The notes beneath the pieces were generated by a model. The model made no database searches and was not told the DNA's origin. It saw only the letters and a program-made list of their open reading frames with translations. DNA of 64,000 nt, taken from assembly GCA_951406725.2 (NCBI GenBank), contig OX597818.1:38936001-39000000 (forward strand). The letters are read 5' to 3'. This document shows, one piece after another, positions 1 to 12,830 of this stretch. The position numbers and the translations under genes are program-made. The stretch's first letter is position 1, and the number at the start of each line of letters is the position of its first letter. The DNA is from Octopus vulgaris. Its lineage: Eukaryota.

Positions 1-737
1 ATATGATATGATATGATATGATATGATATGATATGATATGATATGATATGATATGATATGATATGATATGATATGATATGATATGATATGATATGATATG
101 ATATGATATGATATGATATGATATGATATGATATGATATGATATGATATGATATGATATGATATGATATGATATGATATGATATGATATGATATGATATG
201 ATATGATATGATATGATATGATATGATATGATATGATATGATATGATATGATATGATATGATATGATATGATATGATATGATATGATATGATATGATATG
301 ATATGATATGATATGATATGATATGATATGATATGATATGATATGATATGATATGATATGATATGATATGATGATGATATGATATGATGATATGATATGA
401 TGATGATATGATATGATATGATATGATATATGATATGATATGATATGATATGATATGATGATGATATGATATGATATGATATGATGATATGATATATGAT
501 ATGATATGATATGATATGATATGATATGATATGATATGATATGATATGATATGATATGATATGATATGATATGATATGATATGATATGATATGATATGAT
601 ATGATGATATGATATGATATGATATGATGATGATATGATATGATATGATGATGATATGATATGATATCATGATGATATGATATGATGATGGTATGATATG
701 ATATGATATGATATGATATGATATGATATGATATGAT
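1..737. repeat. (ATATG)n pentamer satellite, open at the window start
   Basis: Perfect ATATG repeats to ~370, then degenerate with ATG/AT slips. Confidence 0.98.
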
Positions 738-1159
738 AAGATAAATGTGAATGTCAGTGTATCGGTGAGTAATACTTTTTCAACTTTACTCCAATAGGGC
801 GGAGCCCAACATATCATACCATTTTGGAATCAAGTTGACCCCGTGAGTAAATTAAAAACATTCCGGGCCGAATCCGGACCTACTATCCTGACATTTTGGA
901 TTCTTATATTTTCATTACTGAGATTGTTTACGGCGATTTTTTTACATGATTTTTTTTGCGACGAATATTATCATCATTAGATAAGACTTTGGAGGAAACA
1001 ATTGCAACAAATTCTCCAAAACAAGTCAGAGATCTATTTGCAGATCTCCTCATTCAGGGTCGGTTGCTTAAAAGCTAGTACATACGTATGTACATACATA
1101 CATACATACATACATACATACATACATACATACATACATACATACATACCTTTAAATCC

Positions 1160-2015
1160 ATCGGAAGGATAATCCCGAGGACAAAGAAATAAGAATCGCA
1201 ATATGGTAGAAGCCATAGCCACTTATAATAAAAAAGGAATACTGGTGGAATGTACCAGTGAAGACCTCAATAAAATACATTCATACATACAGGAAAAGTA
1301 CTAAAATGTGACAACCGATGCAGATTTTGTGGAGTTAACACCGAAGATATCACCCACATCGTAAGCAGTTGTCCGAAAATACCATCACGGTATTATCTAC
1401 CGATGAGACGTGATGTTGTAGCTAGGACACTGTATAACGAAATCCGTGGAAAGTATAACTCCGAAGACAAAGAAATAAGAACCCACAGTATGGTAGAAGC
1501 TAATTCGAACACTGGAACTGTAAAAATCTGTAAAACTTTTTAGAAGTTTATCATTAAAGCGTATATGAGCATGGAGATTTGGTTATTTATTGCAAGTCGA
1601 GCGATCCCATAGAGATTTCTGCCTTGGTTCAAGTATTGGTGCAATGCCCCAGTGAAAACCTCAATAAAATGTAAACACAAAAAACCTGATATGATGATTT
1701 GGGATAGAAAAAAGAAACTGTGTACAGTTGTGGAAATCAGCTGCCCACTGGATGTTAGCATAAAGCTGAAGATCAGTGAAAAAGATAATACCTATGCTGA
1801 ACACACTGCCTAAATACCAATCTTGAGAAATTGGGCTTCCCAAAACCAAAAGGGGGAAGCTAATTTGAACACTACGGATCCAATCCATCACTGGAACTGT
1901 AAAAATCTGTAAAACTTTTTAGATGTTTATCATTAAAGCGTATATGAGCATGGAAATTTGGTTACTATTTATTGCAAGTCGAGCGATCTCATAGAGATTT
2001 CTGCCTTGGTTCAAG
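1160..2015 (+). mobile_element. Rearranged fragments of an RLE-endonuclease non-LTR retrotransposon (R4/NeSL-like)
   Basis: Translates in pieces to HIVSSCPK..RRDVVAR (CCHC remnant) and KPDMMIWDRKKKLCTVVEISCPLD..K..Y (PD-(D/E)xK restriction-like endonuclease). The 3' segment is duplicated at ~1500-1633 and ~1858-2015. Confidence 0.7.
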
Positions 2016-2411
2016 TGCTATGGTATTGATAACTAACAATATTTTGCAAAAAAGTCCCACATTCTGTAGGAGGGAAATTTATTATTGGTGTTAGAAATAG
2101 ATCCGCAGATATGTACGAAATGTTACAGAATGGCGAGTAATGTTCAAAGGAAAAAATACAGCATTTGCAACGAAATGTGTTGAACTGAATAAAATACAGA
2201 AGAAAAAATTGATTCCTTTGGTCACAACAGATAAATAAAGACGGAATCCATTTCCAAAATTTATAGGAGACATGAGCAACCTTTTTCGGGAAGCAGGCTG
2301 CCTATGACTGCTTTATAGAATAAGGAATATGACATTGGGTAACATGGCTTCACTATCACATGGTAATATTTCCAGGTGATCCGGCCTCTTTTCTGGTAGT
2401 TCAATGCACTG

Positions 2412-2861
2412 GGATCTTTTCGGTTTGAACGGCAGTTTTTAACATAATTTCTAGGTAACTAAAAAATTTTAAACTTCGTATACTGTTAGAATGTGTTTAT
2501 AAAACATCCCTTTCTCTTGGCTTTATTGAGAAAATTCAATGGTTTGTAAGATATTTGTTGTTTTTTTTTCTTCAATTTCTGCAATTTCAACCAATCAATG
2601 ACCGTCTATTGAGGTGAAAGCATTCTGTGCCGTATGAATATGTCCCTCGTTTAAGAAACAGATTGGGTTTATTTACATTTGTGAAGAAAAAAAGATACCC
2701 TTCCCCCCACCCCTAACCCTAACTGTAACTAACCCTAACTGTAACTAACCCTAACCCTAAAACAGATTGAAATGCAATAGATCGATACTAGGGTTATAAT
2801 TATGGGTGACAATTTCATATGACACCGCAAGAAAAAACTGCCGTTCAAACCGAAAAGATCC
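2412..2861. mobile_element. MITE with 29-bp TIRs, 8-bp TSD and internal (CCCTAA)n
   Basis: TIR GGATCTTTTCGGTTTGAACGGCAGTTTTT with its exact inverse at the right end. TSD ATGCACTG at 2404-2411 and 2862-2869. Second copy at 39694-40115. Confidence 0.93.
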
Positions 2862-4638
2862 ATGCACTGAAATAAGATTTTCCTGACGATGACAGACGAT
2901 ATAAAAAGTCACATTGTGCTTTAATTGTCTATGCAAATGTTTACTATATTAATTAGTTTTACAAGTGTTGTGTATTCAAATACAGAGTAGCTACTGATGA
3001 AATTTCTAAACAATTTATTTTTGAGCAGACTGCAATATGGTCGTACGAAATGCTAGAAATAGCAGTCACTGAACTCTCATAAAAGATTATTGTCTTAAAA
3101 AAATGATTTGTTGGATAATATAGTCCAGGTTCACACAATGCCTGAATAAAAAGAAAATTGTGTTGGTCAGAGAAAGCTAGAAGCCTTAATAAGAGTTGAC
3201 CCGAGGTTAAAAAAACAATGACAACAGCCAAAACTGCGATGTTACTCAATATTTACAAATGTTCTCCCTACATTCTAAATAACGGTTCTGTTAAAGCGAC
3301 AAAAAAGGCGTTTTATGGATTAAGACTTAACGTGAAAACTACACCGTCAGCCGCCCACTAGTTCAGCTCAATCCCGTCAAAGTTCAGCTGAGTTGTTTAA
3401 TAACTATGAACCTGCAATAATGATTTCCGTTATGTGAGCAGCTCTGGTTTAACCGGTTCAGCAAGTCGTTTTCTGATTAAATGAATCAAATAACTTCAAA
3501 AATAGTAAGAACCTCGACTTGAATTTGTAAGAAAAATAAGCTGTAGATTCACTGTCTGCTTTAGTCCTTACCTTTGTGGCTGACCGAACTACAAGTGTCT
3601 TTTGAGAGGTTACATTTCTACTGGACAACATAAGCTCTGCATCAAAGAAAGGAAATCAATTCGGGAGGTACGTGTTTTAATATCATCTTTCATCGATTTC
3701 ACTGATTTCTGATGTTAATATTTAATTACAAATGATCATATTCATACATACATACATACATACATACACACACATGCTTATAAGTAAGCACATAAGTGTG
3801 TATGTGTTGTTCGCAAACATGGGATCCTAGGTTCGATCCAACTGCATGGTGTTTCGGCAAGTGACTTTTAACGTATATAATACTCACATGCATATATGTA
3901 TGTGTTTAAAATTATGAATTGATATATAATAGTTCTGTGTGTATAAATGTTTATACATACGTGCATATATTCATGCATGCCTACCGCGCGCGCACGCGTG
4001 TGTGTGTTCAAGTGTGTCTCTGTTTGTGTTTCTTTGTGTATCTGTGCATATGTTTATGTGTTTGTAGTAAGGCAGTGAATTAACAGAATCTTTAGAGCAT
4101 CAGATAGGATACCTCGTAGTATTCATTTCGATTGTCAGTGCTCTGAGCTCAAATCCAACCACAGTGAAATTTGCTTTTTTTTTTTTTTTTCGAAGTCGAT
4201 ACATAAAGTACCAGTTCAGCTCTTTCTCTCTTTCTTTCAATACTGTTTTTAATTAAAAATTTAGGCCCCGTGTTATATTGCATTTCGCTCATTCAGAATT
4301 ACATTAATGGTCAAAATTTTCAGCGGATTGCTTAACCAATTACACATACTTTAGTGAATTAATTGAACAGGCAACAAAATATTTTTGTTGTTTTTGTAAA
4401 ATCTCAGAAAATAATAAAAAAATTCACATTTTTTATCAAATTATTTTGTTATATTTGTCTATCTATCTAACTGTAAACATTTTAAATATTTCACTAACGT
4501 CGAAATTCACAAAGGTCCCATCGATCACTCACGGACGCACGCGCGCGCGCACACACGCAAATACACACGTGCATACGCACACATCTATCTCTCTGTTTGC
4601 CTGCCTTTCACTATGTGTATGTGTGTGTTTATATACAT

Positions 4639-4695
<57 letters not shown>

Positions 4696-6601
4696 TATAA
4701 TCATATATATATATATATATATATATGTTTATAATCATACATATATATATATATATATATATACATACACTAAAGTAGCACTATCATTAGAAACACAAGG
4801 ACGACATTAGCTTTTCCCTAGACTTGCCAGAGGTAGCGATCAAATTCTCCTCAAATCTACTCCACAGGAAAAAAAAGAGCAAAGTAGACTCTACGCCATT
4901 AAAAATAGTTTTTTCCTTCAAAAACAAGACCAGATGTTTGATTTGTTGTTCTTGATGTCTCTTCAAAATAAGTACGGAATAATATAAGTATCCCTGTCTC
5001 GATCCCTTTCAAGTAAATCTACACACTTCTTTAACATACACTTTGAAACCAAGTAAAAAATAAATGATTTGGAGCTAACCAATTCCACCACTACCATCAC
5101 CACCAACAGAGGAATTTTTTTCCTAGTAAAATAGTTTCAAATTTTGTCAGAAGGCCAACAATTTTAATGGGATGGGTACAAGTCAATTTACATCGACCTA
5201 AGTACCTGGTACTTTATTTTATCGACTCCGGTGGGATTTGAACTCAGAGCGTAAAGATCTGGGAGAAATGCTGTGAAGTTTTTTTATCCACCATTCTTTT
5301 CATAACAATTTCAAGTAGCACTTTTACATGACGGAGCTACGCCCATCTTTCTAAACGCATTAATTCTATGAACTCATTTACTGTCTCAGAGTATTGCTTT
5401 CTCTTGGAATTACAAGGAATGTACCGATGAAGGAACTTCTACATTTTTTATTAATTAGAGAAAGTAAAGAAGCGTCATTTTTTTTAAAAGACTTCAAGAC
5501 TTGTCTTATCCTCGGGGATATTATCCACTAAGCAGCTATCTAGCTGAAATACTTGCCACATAATAGATTCTGCTAAAGACACCTGTTGACTAGGGTGGTG
5601 TTAAACTAGGCGCAAGAACGATATCTCTGACAATTTTCCAAATTTTTCGTCTATCAAGTTTCAGTCACAAGTCTTTCATAGGAATCGCGCAGTTGGATCG
5701 AGCTTGAAACCATGTAGTTGTGAAGTGGACTTCTTAATTATACAGCCGTCCTGGTTGCTTGACCTTCTAGAAATAGCAACCCAAACTTCAAATTACATCT
5801 TGTCATCTTAAAAGAGGATTGACACATTGAATCATGTAGTCTTGATAAAAAAAAATGACAAAATAGTTACAACTGTAACGTCATCGTTCATAGATCTGTT
5901 CAACCAGTGCTGAACAGCCGTGGAAAATAAAATACTTGTTATTAACCAAAGCAGGTGTTTTGCGTCCCTTTATGTTCAGGGTTCAAATCTCACTGCGGTC
6001 AACTTTCATCATACTACGCAATTAAATACTGGAGTCGATTTTATCGACTGTAGTCCTCCTTCAAACATTTTACCTAATGCCTATAGGAAAAAATCAGTTA
6101 ATTGAGGTAAAAAAAAACCCCCAAATAAACTACAATTCAAGTACAGGTTATTGATATAATCGACTATTGTTGTCCCCAGAATTGTCGTATTGTGTTTATG
6201 AAAGAAATTATGAAATGCTAAAAAAATCATCAAAATGTTAGCAGTCAGTATCGTTTATTTAAAGTAGGGAGGGCTGTGCTTCCCACCAGCAGATTTGTTG
6301 AAAGGTGGATGAGAATGGCGAATATTGTCCGAGCATACACTTTAGATTTTAGGAGAACAACTGAGAAAATTCACATGCCCACGTGGTTAGAGTGAGAATC
6401 CCTGGAGGTTTCCCTTTTTGGGGGGAATTATTCTTTGTTTGAATCTTCTTTTATTTCTGTTATTTTACTTTTTTACATGCTTTTTTAAAAATCTTATACT
6501 GTATTTTTCTGTACCGTTCTCAATGTTTTCTTCAACCATTTTTCTTCAACTAATAATGAAGAAAACATTATGTATTAAAATTATAACTATTATTATTATT
6601 A

Positions 6602-6815
6602 AGGCGATGAGCTGGCCGAATCGTTAGCACACCGTGCTAAATGCATAGCGGTATTTCGCCTGTCGCTACGTTCTGAGTTCAAATTCCGCCGAGGTAGACT
6701 TTGCCTTTCATCCTTCCGAGATCGATAAATTAAGTACCAGCTGAGTGCTGGGGACGAAGTAATCGACTTACCCTTCCCCCTGTTTTCAGGCCTTGTGCCT
6801 TTAGTAGAAAGAATT
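6602..6815 (+). mobile_element. tRNA-derived SINE, family B
   Basis: Head GGCG..GAGCTGGC.GAA.CGTTAGC, B-box-like GAGTTCAAATTCC, body GCCTTTCATCCTT.CG.G.TCGATAAA.TAAGTACC and (TTA)n tail. Many copies in the window. Confidence 0.85.
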
Positions 6816-6830
6816 ATTATTATTATTATT

Positions 6831-7377
6831 GAGTGGGAAAGCAGTGCATGCCATCAAAGTGACACTGGGGTGGAATATACGAAGCCAGTATACCCATCAT
6901 GACTACTCGTCTGATACACCAGGCACATGCATCACAACCATATGTACGAGATATAGTAATCTCATATCAAGAAAAACTGTGCATGACCTTGGAGGCGTGG
7001 CCCAGTTAGAATTTTCTTCAAGTCGATTAATCCATCTCACTCAAAAGGTCCCTGAATAAAGGTTGTTTAAGGATGTTGAACGAACCACCCATATTTCCAA
7101 AAGGTGAATTATCCAAACCCCAAAGAAACCCTCTCAACACATGGCTATGATGCTCCCCCACTACTTCTGCTCATGATCAGGGATGCACATGCCATCAGCC
7201 ACTAAGCAACATGCTCAATTGGCTAAGGTCAAGCAACTGAGAAGCAAATCTGTGGTATTGAGCAGAATATTTGCTGTAGCCCATCTTTTATACTAAGACA
7301 AAACAATGTACACGATAACACTTCCAATCAGTTAAGATCAGAAGCTATGAGAGTCACTTCCTGGTACTGCATCAGGG

Positions 7378-7378
<1 letters not shown>
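6831..7378 (-). mobile_element. ~550-bp non-coding interspersed element inserted in (TAA)n
   Basis: Flanked by (TTA)n on both sides. Related copies at 7728-8208, 9029-9136, 10311-10337 and 38877-39050, each abutting TAA/TTG-type triplet repeats. Orientation is tentative. Confidence 0.75.
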
Positions 7379-7425
<47 letters not shown>

Positions 7426-7436
7426 CATCATCATCA

Positions 7437-7648
7437 AGGCAGCGAGCTGGCAGAATCGTTAGTACACCGGGTGAAATACTTTGCGGTATTTCGTCAGTTG
7501 CTACGTTCTGAATTCAAATTCCGCCGCGGTCGACTTAGCCTTTCATCCTATTGGGGTCGATAAAATAAGTACCTGTTGAACAGTGGAGTCAATGTAATCA
7601 ACTCATCCCCTCCCCTTAAAAAGTTGCTCTTGATGCAAAATTTGAAAA

Positions 7649-7650
<2 letters not shown>
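7437..7650 (+). mobile_element. SINE family B
   Basis: Same head and body as 6602-6815. Confidence 0.8.
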
Positions 7651-7706
<56 letters not shown>

Positions 7707-7727
7707 GTTGTTGTTGTTGTTGTTGTT

Positions 7728-8208
7728 GAGTGAGATAGCAGCTCACGCCACCAAAGTGATGCAGAGGTACAAATATACGAAGCCCAATATGTCCATCATA
7801 ACTACCCGTCTGATAAGGGCACACCAAGCATCATAATTACATGTGCATGACATGTGATCTCATATCAAGATAAACAATGAACCAGTTAAAATTTCCATCA
7901 GGTCAAGTAGTCCATCTTGTTCAAAAGGTCCCTGAATAAGGGTTGTTTAAGGTTGATGAACGAAATACTCATGTTTCCAGAGGTGAATTATTCAAACCCC
8001 AAGAAATCACTCTCAACACATGGCTATGATGCTTCCCAACTACTCCTGGTCATGATCAGAGAAGCATTTATCGTCAGCTACCAAGGTACATGCTCAACTC
8101 GTTGAGTCAAGCAACTGACAAATCTGTGGTATTAAGCAGAATATTTGCCGTAGCTCGTCTTTTACACCAAGACAAAACATGTACATGTTAACACCTTCAA
8201 TCAGTTAA
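7728..8208 (-). mobile_element. Second, diverged copy of the (TAA)n-associated element
   Basis: Colinear with 6831-7335. Confidence 0.75.
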
Positions 8209-8619
8209 CGTCATTCTTTTAATCTGCATGTTTGATGCAATCATTGACCGGGACACACCCAGTGCTCTATGGCAAGTGAGTGTTAAGAGATGTTTAAATC
8301 TAACTGAAAGTTTGGGGAGGGCAGTACAGAAACACATTTATGTAATACAACATACATATTAAAACTAATAGGGTTTTCCTAAGGATGTGGGCGGTTCTTG
8401 TCAGTACAATCTTTTAGATATCTTTGCGATATGTTTCTTCTGTCAAGATGTCAAGATGCTTCTGACATCCTCTTTTTTAAAAATCTCATCTCAGTACCTT
8501 CAATAATAGAAAAAAGTGGCTTGCGGTGGGTTTGGAGGTGAGATACGTTGAATACACTCGAAAAAACCTGTGGAAAAAAATTATTTCACACCGAGGTACG
8601 AACGGGTCCTTTACGAAAT

Positions 8620-8890
8620 ATTTACCAATTCATTTATTGATGTTTTTATCAATTGGAACACTTACATCTGTCAGTCTACAAGTATGTTCTTCCTTGTCTT
8701 TAATAACTATATCTGGTCGATTAACCGGGATTGTTCTGTTAGTATTGACTGGGAAATCGCACAGGATGGTGACAGGAGTGTCATCATTCTTAACAGGAGT
8801 GTCACCATCCTTAACAGGAGTGTCGATTTGGTAGTGTTTACATATTTTCCGATGTGAATATTGTACTACCCTACTGTGGAATTTTATATT
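8620..8890 (-). mobile_element. R4/Dong-like RLE endonuclease fragment
   Basis: Minus strand reads VTILCDFPVNTNRTIPVNRPDIVIKDKEEHTCRLTDVSVPID (RPDIV..DVSVP motif). Contains a ~21-bp tandem repeat at 8772-8825. Confidence 0.8.
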
Positions 8891-9134
8891 TGTTTCATGT
8901 TAACACTGGCAGCCCGAAAAAAGATGGTCTATTGATTCATCAAATATGTTGCAGAATCTGCATTTTGGAACAGCACCATTTTTAAGAACATTAACCTACT
9001 TATATCTGGTAAACGTGCTTTAGTCTTGTGCTGTAGCCCATCTTTTATACCAAGACAAAACAATGTACACGATAACACTTCCAATCAGTTAAGATCAGAA
9101 GCTATGAGAGTCACTTCCTGGTACTGCATCAGGG

Positions 9135-9197
<63 letters not shown>

Positions 9198-9738
9198 CAT
9201 TATTATCATCAAGGCAGCGAGCTGGCAGAATCGTTAGTACACCGGGTGAAATACTTAGCGGTATTTCGTCAGTCGCTACGTTCTGAATTCAAATTCTGCC
9301 GCTGTCGACTTAGCCTTTCATCCTGTTGGGGTCGATAAAATAAGTACCTGTTGAACAGTCTCCGCTTTCACTCCTAAACTCTTCAGTCACTGATGGGTTG
9401 TTGCTTGGTTTACATCAGCATTTTGATTTCTAAGAATATATTGTCCATGCAGGGACTTCTAGCTCCATAGCTACTCAATTTGTTTGTTCCCGTTCTTTTG
9501 AGCAGTTTGTTTGATTTGTTTTGTGTGCTTGGTAGTAGTGGTTTCAGGTTCTTCATCTAGTTCAAAGTTGACGACAAGTACCTTTGCGAATTTACACTAT
9601 CCCTTGACAATAAAATGCGACTTTTTGCTGCTTTTATGTTCGAACACAAGCTGTAGGATTCAGTCCTCTTTACTAGATAAGTACCATTTCATCGTCATAG
9701 TAGAGGTTTTGTTGTTGTTGTTGTTGTTGTTGTTATTG

Positions 9739-10248
9739 AGGCAGCGAGCTGGCAAAATCGTTAGCACGCCGGGCGAAAAGCTTAGCGGTATTTCGTCTGC
9801 CAAAATAAGTACCAGTTACGCACTGGGGTCGATATAGTCGACTTAATCCCTTTGTCTGTCCTTGTTTGTCCCCTCTGTGTGTAGCCCCTTGTGGGTAGTA
9901 AAGAAATAGGTATTTCGTCTGCCATTACGTTCTGAGTTCAAATTCCGCCGAGGTCGACTTTGCCCTTCATCCTTTCAGAGTAGATAAATTAAGTACCAGT
10001 TACGCTTAATTAATCGACTTAATCCATTTGTCTGTCCTTGTTTGTCCTCTCTGTGTTTACCCCCTTGTGGGTAGTAAAGAAATAGGTATTTCGTCTACCG
10101 CTACATTTTGAGTTCAAATTCTACTGGTGTCGACTTTGCCTTTCCTCCTTTTGGGGTCGATAAATTAAGTACTAGTGAAACACTGGGGTCGATGTAATCG
10201 ACTAGTCCCCTCCCCCAAATTTCAAGCCTTGTGCCTATAGTAGAAAGG

Positions 10249-10311
<63 letters not shown>

Positions 10312-10559
10312 GTGTGAGAGAGCAATGCATGCCAACATAGCTGGCAGAATCGCTGGCTCGCCGGGCAAAATGCTTAACAGCATTTCGTCCGTCTTCACGT
10401 TCTGAGTTCAAATTCCGCCGAGGTTGACTTTGCCTTTCATCCTTTCGGGGTCGATAAAATAAGATCCAGTTGAGTACTGAGGTCAATGTAATTAACTATC
10501 CCCTATCCCCAAATTTCAGGCCCTGTGCCGAGGTCGACTTCGCCTTTCATCCTTTCGGG

Positions 10560-10560
<1 letters not shown>
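9739..10560 (+). mobile_element. Multimeric SINE family B cluster
   Basis: The body unit GGTATTTCGTCT..TTCTGAGTTCAAATTCCGCCGAGGTCGACTTTGCC...GTGGGTAGTAAAGAAATA is tandemly repeated, followed by a further copy after (TTA)n. Confidence 0.85.
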
Positions 10561-10589
<29 letters not shown>

Positions 10590-10592
<3 letters not shown>

Positions 10593-10808
10593 TAGTTTTA
10601 TTTTTATAGGGTGCTTTCACTTTACTACCGAGCGCAGCTCTGTGTGCCTTGGGTATGTGCTGTGATTTGTTGTGATGCTCTGATGGTTATTGTATGGAAA
10701 GTGTTCTGCGTAGGATGTGTGCAGTGCCTAGTAGTGCAATTTTCTGTATGTTATATGTGTTTGTAAGTCCTGGTGTTTTTGTTATGTATTTGTCTGAATA
10801 TTTTTTAA

Positions 10809-10812
<4 letters not shown>
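10590..10812 (-). mobile_element. R4/Dong-like LINE 3' end in (TTA)n
   Basis: Reads IKKYSDKYITKTPGLTNTYNIQKIALLGTAHILRRTLSIQ* plus 3' UTR. Near-identical to 45300-45521 and flanked by (TTA)n. Confidence 0.9.
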
Positions 10813-10864
<52 letters not shown>

Positions 10865-11464
10865 GTGTTATTATTAGTGTTGTTGTTATTGTTGTTGTTG
10901 TTGTTTTCGAAACGCGTGAAAACTGAGAATTGTAGCTGACTGTCGTTATTATGATACCAGAGACGACAGCGAATGTCCGGGAAGATAGGGAGGGCCAGAG
11001 AGATGGAAGAGAAGGGTGGTAGAATTGTTAGTTGGGGTGGTAACAGAGAAAGATTGGAAAAATGAAACAAAATGAAGTGCTGATGAATTGATACAGACGT
11101 ATAATCATGCGCGTACGCGGGCACATACGTATATATAGGTATTACAAATCTATATGTACCCTAATTGCACCAAATCCAGAACTACTTACCACCCTTACAC
11201 ACAATATTTTTTTACTCAGGGAATAGTAGACCTGACACCGTTCATTAATCGGTGTGCATTCAAAGCAATGATTAGTAAATTTACGAAACCGGTATGCTTT
11301 TAAATCTCATAAACAATTCACAATAATGACTTTTATTACTTACTACCTCAGTTCATCTAGTTGTATATATCTATCGTTACTTTTCATAAAAATGCTTTAA
11401 TTTTTTTGATTTCCAATGTGTATTTTCGCTTATTTTTCTTCTTACTTACCCCCCCTTATATATG

Positions 11465-11531
<67 letters not shown>

Positions 11532-11673
11532 GTGTGTGTGTGTGTGTGTGACGGGCTTCTTTCAGTTTCCGGCTATCAAATCCATTATAACCCGAGGTGT
11601 CACGCAGTGGGACTGAATTCGGAACTATGTGGTTGGGAAGCAAGCTACTTAGCCGGAAACTGAATGAAGCCCG

Positions 11674-11750
<77 letters not shown>

Positions 11751-11799
11751 TGTATGTGTATGTTGGTGTATCTATGTTTGTCCCTCACCATCGCTTGAA

Positions 11800-12190
11800 C
11801 TGGAAAATCCTGGAGGGTCTTGTCCCGAATTTTGGCATTGAAAGTTGCCCCAAAGATCCCAACATCACCATCAAAATACAGGATCAGATACTGCAACAGC
11901 TTGGGTTTCAGGGGACCACAGCTCTTCAATATCCTTCCTAAATGCCTGAGAGACTTGCATGGTGTGGATGTGGGTTTCTTTAAAACTAAACTGGATCTCT
12001 TCTTGTCAGAGGTTCCAGATGAACCTACTTCTCGGCAGGAAACACAGATGCGGGCAGCGGCGCCGAACTCCCTTGTTGACCAAGTGCCATGTATCAGAAG
12101 TAGTTTCACATACTAGTGTAGCTCATTCAACGATGGTGCCCCAGCATGGCCGCAGCTTTCGGGTTGAAAATTTTTTAAGGATTTAAGGAT
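11800..12190 (+). mobile_element. CR1-group LINE 3' fragment
   Basis: ORF2 C-terminus WKILEGLVPN..GPQLFNILPKCLRD..FKTKLDLFLSEVPDEP, then a short 3' UTR and an 8-nt tail (TTTAAGGA)2 running into (TA)n. Confidence 0.85.
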
Positions 12191-12427
12191 ATATATATAT
12201 ATATATATATATCGTTAAATCCTTAAAGGATATATATATATATATATAATTATAATAAAGGGTTAATTGCAACTAGTTGCTCAAAACCACATACCGAAAA
12301 TATTAGAAATAGCAGCCAAATAGGTCACCATTACTACTACTAGAAAAATAAGTCTCCACAAACAAACAGAATTTGTAACCCGTATATGGTAAAGAGAAAG
12401 AAGATAACGAAATCCCATCGTTTCTGG

Positions 12428-12486
<59 letters not shown>

Positions 12487-12641
12487 TTGTGTATATACTT
12501 GGAACTATTGTTGTTTGCTGTGTTGATGGTGATGGTGGTGGTGGTAGTGCGATGGCAAACTATGTTTGAAAACTGAAGTTTAAAAGATACCGTATGTCTT
12601 AACGAATAGGCTTTCGTGCAAGTAATTGTCGTGGAGCAATA

Positions 12642-12830
12642 CCTATTTCTTTATTACCCACAAGGGGCTAAACACAGAGGGGACAAACAAGGACAGACAT
12701 AGGTATTAAGTCAATTACATCGACCCCAGTGCGTAACTGGTACTTAATTTATCGACCCCGAAAGGATGAAAGGCAAAGTCGACCTCGGCGGAATTTGAAC
12801 TCACAACGTAACGCAGACGAAATACCGCTA
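12642..12830 (-). mobile_element. SINE family B (partial)
   Basis: Reverse complement of the family B body. Confidence 0.8.

Noticed and set aside
2710-2760. (CCCTAA)n as a true telomere or fusion site
   Set aside because: The tract is short and lies inside a TIR element present twice.
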